From the NCBI GenBank assembly GCA_019057635.1, contig DXJL01000066.1, positions 7,541 through 71,540 of the forward strand: 64,000 nucleotides of DNA. The letters are read 5' to 3'. Shown here piece by piece: positions 36,668-49,648 of this stretch. The position numbers and the translations under genes were made by a program. Each line of letters begins with the position of its first letter. Positions within the stretch are counted from its first letter, which is position 1. Source of the DNA: Candidatus Heimdallarchaeota archaeon (GTDB taxonomy: Archaea > Asgardarchaeota > Heimdallarchaeia > Hodarchaeales > Hodarchaeaceae). The notes beneath the pieces were generated by a model. It was given only the letters and a program-made list of their open reading frames with translations. It was not told the origin of the DNA and ran no database searches.

Positions 36668-37234
36668 TCAATTATCTTTAGGAGGTGGATCTTTCCAAAT
36701 TTTCATCGGATCTTGCTTTAATTTGAAACGTTTCTGCTCTAGGAGTCTATAGACTGTTCCATGTTTTGATCCTCTGATTAGCATATCTATAGCTTCTCTT
36801 GCAGAGCGAATTTCCGCTATTTCTCCAATTATAGAGATATGTGATCCAAAAATTGAAATATACGTATCCGTTCCAGTCTCAATCATAGATCTAGCTTTTC
36901 CCTTCTCTCCGATCAAACGAGATTTTAATCTCAGTATATTATTCTTAGAGCCTTCTAGCTGAATTGTTTCTAAAAAAGTGTTGTCTTCAATCAGGTAAAA
37001 AGCCTTATCTGCATTAAAACCTTTTCCAATTGCTTTTATAATATCTCGTGCTTTCCAAACGTACGTCGGATCTATTGTATTTTCAGTGGACAAAATCACT
37101 ATAGATCCATCATCACTATCAACTTTTACATCTACTCCAGCAAGTGATTCTATTTCTGCTTTCGTTTCTCCTTTTTTTCCAATTAATACCCCTATCCTAC
37201 TTCTTGGGATTCTTATTCGGCATGAGATACTCAT
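36668..37234 (-). CDS. Two-KH-domain RNA-binding protein (Dim2/Pno1-like)
   Basis: GVLIGKKGETK and LIGEKGKARS GxxG KH loops. Conserved position next to the Rio kinase. Confidence 0.8.
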   Translation of the reverse strand: MSISCRIRIPRSRIGVLIGKKGETKAEIESLAGVDVKVDSDDGSIVILSTENTIDPTYVWKARDIIKAIGKGFNADKAFYLIEDNTFLETIQLEGSKNNILRLKSRLIGEKGKARSMIETGTDTYISIFGSHISIIGEIAEIRSAREAIDMLIRGSKHGTVYRLLEQKRFKLKQDPMKIWKDPPPKDN

Positions 37235-37252
37235 TAAATCATTTCCTCATAT

Positions 37253-38098
37253 CTATTGTCTGGAGATCTTATCCTCATCGGTTTTAGTTTCATTATCAAC
37301 AATTGAGTCAAGAACAGATTCTGCTTCTGGTGTTTTAATTCCTCTTTTTGAAAAATAGTAAAGTATATTGTCTAAATCTCGTTCCAAAAATTCTTCTGCT
37401 TTTGGATGAGAAGTTGTTACACTTTGGCTCATATCTATTAGATACGGAGTAGATTCTTTTATTAAGATATTATAAGGAGATAAATCTGCATGTACAAGCC
37501 CAGCTTTTTGGTAAACTCTCTTAATCTGGTCCAATATTGCGTTCATCATTGGTTGAGTAGCTTCATTTGGACTTACTTTTAGCAAAGGAGAAGGAATTCC
37601 ATTTTGTCCAATTAATTCCATTAAGAGTACATTATTCTTCACTAAAATAGGTTTTGGTACGTTAACTCCAGCAAGCATGCATCTACTCAAATTTCTATAC
37701 TCTTTCTCAACCCATAATTTCACTAAACTTCTAGTTTTTTTGCTGTACTTCCTAAACCGAATATCTCCTGAAATATATTTTTCTATAGTCCTGAAATTCA
37801 GTGTACTAGTCCTAAAGATTTTAATAACAATTGGTGACTGTATAGAGAGATCATCACATTTCAATTTCCCTTTTGAGCCGAGTTCTGCGAGAAAAACTCC
37901 CGATTCCTTACCAGATGCTATTGTTCCGGAAATAGAATCAATAATCCCCTTACTCTGAAGACCTGATAATATTTTTGTTGTATTTCCATCAATTACTGCA
38001 TTAATTGTCTGGAAATCTTCTTTCCCTTTTCTTTTCTTGCGCCAGCGATCATTCTTATCGGTTAATTGTTCCCAAAACTTTTTGTCATCGGGTTTCAT
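37253..38098 (-). CDS. rio1: RIO-type serine protein kinase (Rio1-like)
   Basis: ISGTIASGKESGVFLA, catalytic LVHADLSPYNILI, metal-binding IDMSQS. Confidence 0.88.
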   Translation of the reverse strand: MKPDDKKFWEQLTDKNDRWRKKRKGKEDFQTINAVIDGNTTKILSGLQSKGIIDSISGTIASGKESGVFLAELGSKGKLKCDDLSIQSPIVIKIFRTSTLNFRTIEKYISGDIRFRKYSKKTRSLVKLWVEKEYRNLSRCMLAGVNVPKPILVKNNVLLMELIGQNGIPSPLLKVSPNEATQPMMNAILDQIKRVYQKAGLVHADLSPYNILIKESTPYLIDMSQSVTTSHPKAEEFLERDLDNILYYFSKRGIKTPEAESVLDSIVDNETKTDEDKISRQ

Positions 38099-38708
38099 TT
38101 TGTGAAGTCCTCGTAAAAGAGGTTACTAGTTTCCCAAATGAATTTGCAGTTATTCGATTTTGAATTAGGCTACAATTTGGACATTTCAAGGCGTTTCTTC
38201 TGTAGAATTCTAAATCGTGTCCACAGTGATTACATTGAGCAATTACTACTCCTAACCCTTCACCAATCAGACTGATGTATATAGGTTTCATCTTCCTTAC
38301 AATTCTAAATTTAAGCCAATCTCCAGGGCGGGTTACCTCGTACATATTTTTAACAAATCTTCTTGAAGCTTCAGATACATGCAAGATGCTATTCATTGGT
38401 AAAGGAACTTTTGTATCATTTATCATATGAATATCTACAGAAGCAATTTGTTTTTTTACATATACAACTCTACCAACACCAACGTCTCCTCTCTTGAGGA
38501 TAAATAAATTTTTAATTGGTTTTACTGTGATCTTATGTTTTTTCAGGTCAGTTATTACTTCACCTGTGGTCGTAGATAATATGCTTCCATCCTGCTCAAA
38601 GCATGTCTCGTCAGGTAAAAATTCCTCTATGACTGCAATTTTGTCACCTGGTACAACTCGGTTTTGAGTTGAATTTTCTACAAGTCTTTTACTCATTTCC
38701 AATCCCAA
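38085..38708 (-). CDS. csl4: Exosome RNA-binding subunit Csl4
   Basis: N-terminal domain VVPGDKIAVIEEF, an S1 domain, and C-terminal Zn ribbon CNHCG...CPNCS. Confidence 0.82.
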   Translation of the reverse strand: MGLEMSKRLVENSTQNRVVPGDKIAVIEEFLPDETCFEQDGSILSTTTGEVITDLKKHKITVKPIKNLFILKRGDVGVGRVVYVKKQIASVDIHMINDTKVPLPMNSILHVSEASRRFVKNMYEVTRPGDWLKFRIVRKMKPIYISLIGEGLGVVIAQCNHCGHDLEFYRRNALKCPNCSLIQNRITANSFGKLVTSFTRTSQNETR

Positions 38709-38844
38709 TGGTAGGTAATGGGGAATAATTTTAATATTCTACTAGAGATTGATCCGTTTTTTTCATCACTCTACTAAGTAATTCGTGTAGATATTAGTCC
38801 TTGATAGAATTCAGATTGGATCTATGTAGTAATCAATACTAATT

Positions 38845-39561
38845 TTAACTAGAATCCTTATTGGAAAATCGGATAAGATCTACTTTCACATTATGCTGAT
38901 CATGGAGATGAAATTTAAATGTTCGAAGTACAGAAAACTCTATAGTAGCAAGTATTGTTGATCGTTTATTATAAGAAGATGCAATTCTTTTCCACAAGTT
39001 ACGTGATTTAGTACTTGTCTTATGCAAAGAAATTACTACTTCAGAATAAGCAAGTGACTTTCTGAGAAATACTTGATCAATACCTCTCCTCTGAGTTCCA
39101 AAAGGAGGATTCATAATAGTCGTTTGGAAGAGATTTTTCCAGTTACTTGGCTCTACAAATTCAATTGAAGTATTTAGAAGATCAACATGCAAATGAAGCT
39201 TATTCATAGCAGAACGAAGTTGATTAAGAACAGAAAAATCGCTATCAACCCCAATGACTCTTTCAGAAAAAAATTTTGATATCGGAAGAGTAAACCTACC
39301 AGTACCACAACCTAAGTCAACAATATTATTATTAATTAAATCCTTCCTAGTCAGAATGAGGATAAACGCGATTAGATCACTTGGGAGTGAATATTGTTCT
39401 AAACCTATTTTGGGATTTTTGAATGTTTCAATATTATTTACTAATGACTTGATTTCATTAAATAATACATGTTCACTTCTCAATAAATCCATTTTTTTAG
39501 GATAATGAAGAACAAATTGACTCTTTTTAGGGAATGACATCTGTACAAAGGAACATTTCAA
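38845..39561 (-). CDS. METTL5-like SAM-dependent (rRNA m6A) methyltransferase
   Basis: LEQYSLPSD, SAM motif VDLGCGTGRF, catalytic TIMNPPFGT and downstream ...ISLHK track eukaryotic METTL5 closely. Confidence 0.8.
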   Translation of the reverse strand: MKCSFVQMSFPKKSQFVLHYPKKMDLLRSEHVLFNEIKSLVNNIETFKNPKIGLEQYSLPSDLIAFILILTRKDLINNNIVDLGCGTGRFTLPISKFFSERVIGVDSDFSVLNQLRSAMNKLHLHVDLLNTSIEFVEPSNWKNLFQTTIMNPPFGTQRRGIDQVFLRKSLAYSEVVISLHKTSTKSRNLWKRIASSYNKRSTILATIEFSVLRTFKFHLHDQHNVKVDLIRFSNKDSS

Positions 39562-39630
39562 GAGATATTACTAAAAATTTTTCTCTCCCCCTCATTTCAT
39601 AAAAAGAAATGAGTTTATTAGAGATAGAAA

Positions 39631-40074
39631 CTACCGCATTGGTTTTTCTTTTCTTCCCGAGAGCATAGCTTTTAGACTTACTCCGTTGACATGGACTACT
39701 CTATATCGTACTCCTGGAAGATCTCCTACGGCTCCTCCTTTTCCTCCACCGATCCCTTCGATTGAAATTTCATCATGTTCATCAATAAATAGTAATCCCC
39801 CATCTCCAGGTACAAAAGCTGTAACTTGTTTTCCATTTTTGATAAGTTGAACTCGTACACATTTTCTGATAGCTGAATTTGGTTGTTTTGATTCAATACC
39901 AACTTTTTCAATCACAATCCCACGAGCTTGCGGAGAACCTTCGAGAGGGTCATATTTTTCCTTCAAACGGAGCACTTTTCTCTTATATGTTGTACTCTTC
40001 CATCGGAATTTTTTCCGTTTCTTGACCAGCTTATTTGCTGCGAATTCGCCCCGTGGTGATTTCAATCCAGTCAT
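39631..40074 (-). CDS. rps12: Ribosomal protein uS12
   Basis: [30 protein letters not shown] signature. Confidence 0.95.
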   Translation of the reverse strand: MTGLKSPRGEFAANKLVKKRKKFRWKSTTYKRKVLRLKEKYDPLEGSPQARGIVIEKVGIESKQPNSAIRKCVRVQLIKNGKQVTAFVPGDGGLLFIDEHDEISIEGIGGGKGGAVGDLPGVRYRVVHVNGVSLKAMLSGRKEKPMR

Positions 40075-40212
40075 GTTTTCTCGCCTAATCTTTGTAGATG
40101 AATGTGAGTTTTGTTTTCTCTTAGAAATATTGTTTAAAGTCGCAATAAACGTGTTTAACTTTGTTTTTTGTTAGGTTTTTGAACAGTTTGGCTTTACCTT
40201 CACGTTGTTAGG

Positions 40213-40653
40213 TCAATTCGGACATTGAATAATTACATTATTTACCCCAAAATGTCTTTTTAGTAGCAGACGTGACCGCTGTATATTTCTACCATTTTTG
40301 CCAATAGCTTTTCCTTTTTCTCTTTGAATCACTGTAACGATCACTGTTTTCTTGCCTGATTTTTCAATAATTTCAACGTTTTTTGTTTTTGCAGGTGCTA
40401 ATGTGTTTGTTACAAATTTTTCGATTCTTTCTGAATATTCCACAACTTCAATATTCTTCTTGAAATACTCACGAAGTCTTTGAATTGTAGTTCCTCCCCT
40501 TCCAATAACTTTTCCTGTGTCATTTCGACGAACAATAAAGATAACTCTGTTATCTTCTTTTTCCCAAATACAATCGATAGCTAGAGCCCCTGTTATTCCT
40601 TCTAATGTCGATATTAAGCTCAATTCATCTTGCGACATTCGTATATTGGACAA
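40213..40653 (-). CDS. nusA: Archaeal NusA-like protein (two KH domains)
   Basis: VIGRGGTTIQRL and AIGKNGRNIQRS KH loops. Position between eL30 and uS12. Confidence 0.88.
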   Translation of the reverse strand: MSNIRMSQDELSLISTLEGITGALAIDCIWEKEDNRVIFIVRRNDTGKVIGRGGTTIQRLREYFKKNIEVVEYSERIEKFVTNTLAPAKTKNVEIIEKSGKKTVIVTVIQREKGKAIGKNGRNIQRSRLLLKRHFGVNNVIIQCPN

Positions 40654-40664
40654 AAGTGAACTTC

Positions 40665-40967
40665 CTATTCAATATATTCAAGAATCTTTGAATTTCCTGG
40701 ATCCAAGATGGCGATTGTTGATACTTTGTGTGGACGTCCACATACGGCCCCCAACTCTTTTCCACTCTTTTCATATGAAATTATTGGTATTTTTGAAAGC
40801 TCACAGTTTCTTTTCAATTCTTCTGCAATATTGCCCGGTAAATTGCTTGAAACAATCGTAGCTTTTACTTTCCCATTTAATACGCTTTTTATCACATCAT
40901 TGTAACCCATTCTTACTTTTCCTGTACTCATTGCCATATTTATAGCTTTTTCTATATCTGGTTTCAT
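40665..40967 (-). CDS. rpl30e: Ribosomal protein eL30
   Basis: GKVRMGYNDVIKSV...ELGAVCGRPHKVSTIAI. Start taken at ATG 40967, 2 nt after the rpoA'' stop. Confidence 0.9.
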   Translation of the reverse strand: MKPDIEKAINMAMSTGKVRMGYNDVIKSVLNGKVKATIVSSNLPGNIAEELKRNCELSKIPIISYEKSGKELGAVCGRPHKVSTIAILDPGNSKILEYIE

Positions 40968-40969
40968 AT

Positions 40970-44863
<3,894 letters not shown>

Positions 44864-45220
44864 AGTGTATTCTCCCAGTCATAGTATCAGCTGAGTAAGA
44901 ATTATTGGATTAGAAAGGAATTAGAAATTTTTTGTCTGAGCAGTTCGCACAGAATTTGAGCATTAATCAACTAATGCAAAATTAAAAATGATTTATGTAG
45001 TTTCATAGAGAATTTGATTCATTAAGGATTTCGAAACTCTGAGTGAGTTATTGATCACAGAAAAAGAACTTCTTCAAGCAAATAAAATTCCTCTTCTATT
45101 TTTTCTGTTAACTGATGAATACCGTACGATTTAATGCAAAGTTAAGAGTTACTATAGTATTTGGTAATCCCAAAACCTGATTTATTCCAATTATATTAGT
45201 TCTAAATGATATAATTGTGA

Positions 45221-45403
45221 TTATACAATATACACGTTTAGAGTTAAAATCAATAATCCAAATATTATTGCATACTTTCCAAATTTAGTACCAGTAGGAA
45301 CATAGAGTATCGACCCTAAGGTAAGTGAAAGGAGTCCAAAAGGTATCGAGATAAAAATCGAAATAATTTCCTTAATTATCTGAACAACTATTACTTCTAG
45401 CAT
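45221..45403 (-). CDS. Small membrane protein (2 TM); function unknown
   Basis: Hydrophobicity. Start moved to the internal Met (45403) to remove the overlap with the upstream gene. Confidence 0.35.
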   Translation of the reverse strand: MLEVIVVQIIKEIISIFISIPFGLLSLTLGSILYVPTGTKFGKYAIIFGLLILTLNVYIV

Positions 45404-45407
45404 TTTA

Positions 45408-46070
45408 TTACCACTTCCAAGTGGGAAAATTAGGAAAGTTATTTCCAAGGGGAATAATGACAACTAAAAGACAAATTATACTTTTTCTTATATTTTTAAC
45501 AAAATTTTTTTCTGGATTAATAATATATAACCCACAGTTGCCAATGAGAAAAATTAGAGATACTGTAGCAAGAATAAATACGAGATACATACTAACGAAA
45601 GATGTAAAAGATTCAAGCTGCTCAAGATTTGGCGAATTCATATTATTCTTGGGAGAAAAATCATTAAATATGAAAATGAATAATGTAATTATACTAAGTG
45701 CACGGATGATCATTTTCTTACCATTTTCTTCCCTTTCATCTAGTAAATATGTTATTCCTCCTGATATCAAAGATAAGTATGATATTAGAAGTGCAATCAC
45801 GTGAAGAAAGGGTAGAACTTCAACGAATAAGCCAATAATCGATGAAGAAATCCCCTCAAATTGATTAATATCTAATATGTCAATAATTAGAATTATTTGA
45901 CTCCTTAATAGTATTAGATAAGAATTTAATTCGTCTTTCTGACTTAATCGATACATGTTCAAAAATAAATGTTTTACTTGTATATAAGAACCATAAAATA
46001 TTCTATATCTGTAAGTAGTAATTCCTAAACCAAATACCCCCTTATCTGAGACAAAGGACTTATCCTTCAA
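45408..46070 (-). CDS. Polytopic membrane protein coupled to the secretion-type ATPase; function unknown
   Basis: Several TM segments. The TTG start overlaps the ATPase stop (TTGA). Confidence 0.5.
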   Translation of the reverse strand: MKDKSFVSDKGVFGLGITTYRYRIFYGSYIQVKHLFLNMYRLSQKDELNSYLILLRSQIILIIDILDINQFEGISSSIIGLFVEVLPFLHVIALLISYLSLISGGITYLLDEREENGKKMIIRALSIITLFIFIFNDFSPKNNMNSPNLEQLESFTSFVSMYLVFILATVSLIFLIGNCGLYIINPEKNFVKNIRKSIICLLVVIIPLGNNFPNFPTWKW

Positions 46071-47392
46071 ATCATGTCCAGATTTCTTGTTTCGAGATAA
46101 TTAATGGTAAAAGAAGAATGTGTATTAATCTGTGAGTCAATAAATCGATCCTTTTGCCTATCAGAAATTGTCAAGATATCTCCTTCTGGAGTTAGCTCTG
46201 CAATTCTAATAATAAATCTCTTACGGATGTTTTCTCTCCAAACTGTATCCATCTCAACAAACACATGAGGGAATGACGTTTTAATGAGACTTATAGGAAT
46301 TTTATAAATATCTTGTAATCGTAAGAGCAAATAATTGGGATCTTTTCCATGAATTGTCTGGATCGAGGGTATACCAACCGAAAGAACATTCAAGAGTGCT
46401 ATAAAATTATCTTTTGTAGAAAGTTCTCCTAAGTTGACATAATCAGGACTTCTATGTAATAATTTTTGAATTTCCATTGCTTTTGTATAGATATTGCTTT
46501 CATGAGGATCATAACCAAGCCTAAATCTTACCTGATTACCCCTCCTCAAACTTGAAGTTTCTAGTACATCCTCTACAGATAAAACTCTGAAATGAGAAGG
46601 AATAAATTCTAATAGAGCATTTTGCAGAGTTGTCTTTCCCGAGTTTGGAGGACCGATAATGGAGAGGGATACTAAATTACTCATTATACTACTTAGAAAA
46701 ATTCCTTGAGATTTCGTGATACTCCCGATATCAATCAAATCCTTAAGATGAAAATTGTGATGACGAAACTTCCGTATATCTAAATGAATATCATCTATCA
46801 GTAAAGGTGGAATGTCAACCGTTATTCGTGTATGAAATAGCTTAGTCACAAAATCCCCCTTCATTGTTGGATTTTCTCGATTTAAATTAAAATCGTTCTC
46901 GAGAGCTACCCTATGTATAAAAGAGTCAATTTCTTTTTTGGATAACCGAATTTGGGAAGAACACCTACCATACTGAGCATGATCAATGTATAAATAAGAT
47001 TTACTCGAATCCAAGTATATTTCATCAATTTGGTTATCTACTAGCAAGGATCCAATTCTCTCCATGTTTAGAATTCTGAAAAGAACAGGAATAATTAAAT
47101 GCTCTGAAAAACCTAAAGTCTTTCCTCCTAGATCTGATACAAAGGAAAGTAGTTCATCTAGCGTTATGAAATCTTGTTTATCCACAATTAATTCTTTTAT
47201 GGTGTCTTTCAGCTCCTGTTCATACAAATTAAACCTTTTCAGTTCCCTCATTACTTTCTCATCATAAACAACTTGATATTCAATCTTCGACGTAATTTTG
47301 TTCTTCTTTATCGATGCTTTATAACACCAAAATTCGTAAGAATCAATCAACATGCTAGATTTTTGATTTATAACTAAATCAACTAATACCAT
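46067..47392 (-). CDS. Type II/IV secretion-family ATPase (FlaI/ArlI/VirB11/PilT-like)
   Basis: HLDIRKF, Walker A GPPNSGKTT, Asp box LSVEDVLE, Walker B-like RSPDYVNLGEL, His box IQTIHG. Confidence 0.8.
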   Translation of the reverse strand: MVLVDLVINQKSSMLIDSYEFWCYKASIKKNKITSKIEYQVVYDEKVMRELKRFNLYEQELKDTIKELIVDKQDFITLDELLSFVSDLGGKTLGFSEHLIIPVLFRILNMERIGSLLVDNQIDEIYLDSSKSYLYIDHAQYGRCSSQIRLSKKEIDSFIHRVALENDFNLNRENPTMKGDFVTKLFHTRITVDIPPLLIDDIHLDIRKFRHHNFHLKDLIDIGSITKSQGIFLSSIMSNLVSLSIIGPPNSGKTTLQNALLEFIPSHFRVLSVEDVLETSSLRRGNQVRFRLGYDPHESNIYTKAMEIQKLLHRSPDYVNLGELSTKDNFIALLNVLSVGIPSIQTIHGKDPNYLLLRLQDIYKIPISLIKTSFPHVFVEMDTVWRENIRKRFIIRIAELTPEGDILTISDRQKDRFIDSQINTHSSFTINYLETRNLDMI

Positions 47393-47422
47393 GCAGAATT
47401 TCCTCCAATATTTTTCAAAAGA

Positions 47423-47782
47423 TTACTTTTTCTGTCTCATTGAGTTCTTAATCATTTTCTCAAATAAATTATCAAGTTTTCCAGGAGCAAATTTATCCAT
47501 CTTAATGAGATTCTTCCGAACTAAATCAAAACAATATTTTCTTCTGACTTGACCATCCCCATCTATATACAAGGTTAATACATGGCCATTTTTGGCGTGA
47601 GAAATTGCCTTCGTCAGAAGAGAGTGATCATTCCTTGCTTGTTCCAATTCTGTGAGATTTATGGTTATAGACTCATATTTTCCACAAATAGGACACGTAG
47701 TGGTAATATACTTTGTCTGCTCTTCTAAAACGGGCACTTCCATCAATATTCTTATCGAGAATATACAATTAATAACACCCAA
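47423..47782 (-). CDS. Hypothetical small protein upstream of the ATPase
   Basis: ORF only. One CPICG motif; the real start may be an internal Met. Confidence 0.35.
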   Translation of the reverse strand: MGVINCIFSIRILMEVPVLEEQTKYITTTCPICGKYESITINLTELEQARNDHSLLTKAISHAKNGHVLTLYIDGDGQVRRKYCFDLVRKNLIKMDKFAPGKLDNLFEKMIKNSMRQKK

Positions 47783-48082
47783 ATATGATCAAAATTGTCC
47801 GATAAATCTTTCTCCTCATTTTCACCCTAGATAATAATGGAGGTTTATTTTGTTTTTTACCTTTATTTTTCTTGATATAGATTATGCATTCTTAGGTTCT
47901 TATGAATCAATACTCAGTTAGCATTTGTAAATTGAAAAGGAATATAACTAAGGTTTTATCACGCATTATGAAATTTCTGTATAGAACAAACGAGACAAAA
48001 GCGAGTTAAATCCAATGATCCCTTATATATTAGCTTTTAATAATACTTTATTGAATAACCAAGAATTTTTGAGGAATTCCGG

Positions 48083-49558
48083 TTGATGGATGTTATAACT
48101 AATCATGTATTCGGGAAATTAGATTTTTTTGAGAAACTAAATTACTCTCATTACTGGAAATCTAAATATTGGATTACTAGAAGTCAGATAGAAACATTAA
48201 TCCCCATTCTTAGTGTATTGTTTATAGGATTTACGTTTATTCAAATAATGACGGATCTTATTAGAATCGAGTACCTGATCCTAGAATACTTCTTCTTTTT
48301 CGTGTGTTTACGTCTCATTTTTCTTTTCATACATCAAGATTTCAAAAATTATATGATTAAAGCTGAAATTATAGGATATTTTGTACTACATGAGTTATTA
48401 ATAATTCTGGAAACATCAAAATCACTGAAAGAGGCGACTAAGTTTATTATAACAGGTAAATATTTAATATTCTCGGATATATTTAGTGAAAGCCTGATTA
48501 GATCGCATTTTGGGCAACAACTCAATGATGCTCTTAGATCTCAAATTAATAGCCAAATTTCTGGAGAGTTAAGACGTATTTTTCTCAACGTTATTGATAC
48601 TTGGGAAACTGGAGTTGAAGTCGCTCAGCTATCAACAAATATGATTCTAAACCATCTTTCCGAATATATTACGGAAGAAACTGATAAAGTGGATACGTGG
48701 GGTTCCCTTTTCTCAGGATTAATTTTCTTAAGTCCTCCAGTGATCTTATGCTTTCTCTTGCTTTCAGGCCAGATAAGCTATATTATTGTAATCATTTTAA
48801 TAGCAACTGTTTTTTTTGGTTCATTTTTATTTCGACCTGATAAACATCTATCAATATTTACCAGTGATTCACCGATTTTACCCTTTACTGACAATAAGAC
48901 GATTGAATTATTAATGATCCATGCTGAAAACTTATCATTAGGAGTGTCCTATACAAAAAGCTTGAATAAAGCTTTAAATATTTATATCACAAATTCGACA
49001 GAGGACATCGCTTCCTCAATGAAAGACTCTCTTATTTCTTTTCGTCTAGGTATAGAACGCACTTCTTTTACTGAGCTTGAAATTCTTAGGAAATTTTTTT
49101 CCTCTAGAACAATTCAAATCCTTAATTTGATTGAAAAATTTAGTTATGTTAACACAAAACTAGCAGGTTCTAAGCTAATGATGATAACAGAAGAAATGAG
49201 TAAAACCGGCAACTTACTTCGCACTGGAAAAGCCAGAGTAAAAGCAATATCATTTCAGACTACAATCATACAAACATTTTCACTTATTTCTTTAGGATTT
49301 ATAGCTGGAGCAAGTCCTTTCTTTCAATTGATATCCTATTCTGTTGGAGAATTTGATCTCAAGACTCATATAGTTACAAATTTTGACCCTATTTTCATTT
49401 TCCTTGGATTTCTAATGAGTATATTACCTATATACTTTAATTTCAGCTCTGAATACAAAATAAAGTCAACACAAGATATCATCATTCGTATTTCACGATT
49501 TCTGCTGTTCTTGATTGTATTCAATCTTGCTAGAGAAATCCTGACGGTGTCTTTCTAA
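48083..49558 (+). CDS. Polytopic membrane protein, FlaJ/TadC/PilC-like platform candidate
   Basis: Two cytoplasmic helical modules, each followed by TM segments. GQQLNDALRSQI...ETGVEVAQLSTNM resembles the T2SS-F repeat. Confidence 0.5.
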   Translation: MMDVITNHVFGKLDFFEKLNYSHYWKSKYWITRSQIETLIPILSVLFIGFTFIQIMTDLIRIEYLILEYFFFFVCLRLIFLFIHQDFKNYMIKAEIIGYFVLHELLIILETSKSLKEATKFIITGKYLIFSDIFSESLIRSHFGQQLNDALRSQINSQISGELRRIFLNVIDTWETGVEVAQLSTNMILNHLSEYITEETDKVDTWGSLFSGLIFLSPPVILCFLLLSGQISYIIVIILIATVFFGSFLFRPDKHLSIFTSDSPILPFTDNKTIELLMIHAENLSLGVSYTKSLNKALNIYITNSTEDIASSMKDSLISFRLGIERTSFTELEILRKFFSSRTIQILNLIEKFSYVNTKLAGSKLMMITEEMSKTGNLLRTGKARVKAISFQTTIIQTFSLISLGFIAGASPFFQLISYSVGEFDLKTHIVTNFDPIFIFLGFLMSILPIYFNFSSEYKIKSTQDIIIRISRFLLFLIVFNLAREILTVSF

Positions 49559-49648
49559 AGAAAATAAATTTCATAAATTCTTGGGTTGTTTTAAATCTAG
49601 TTGGTGATCCTTAAGTAGAAATAAGATTTCAGGTAGGATTCTATTTAA

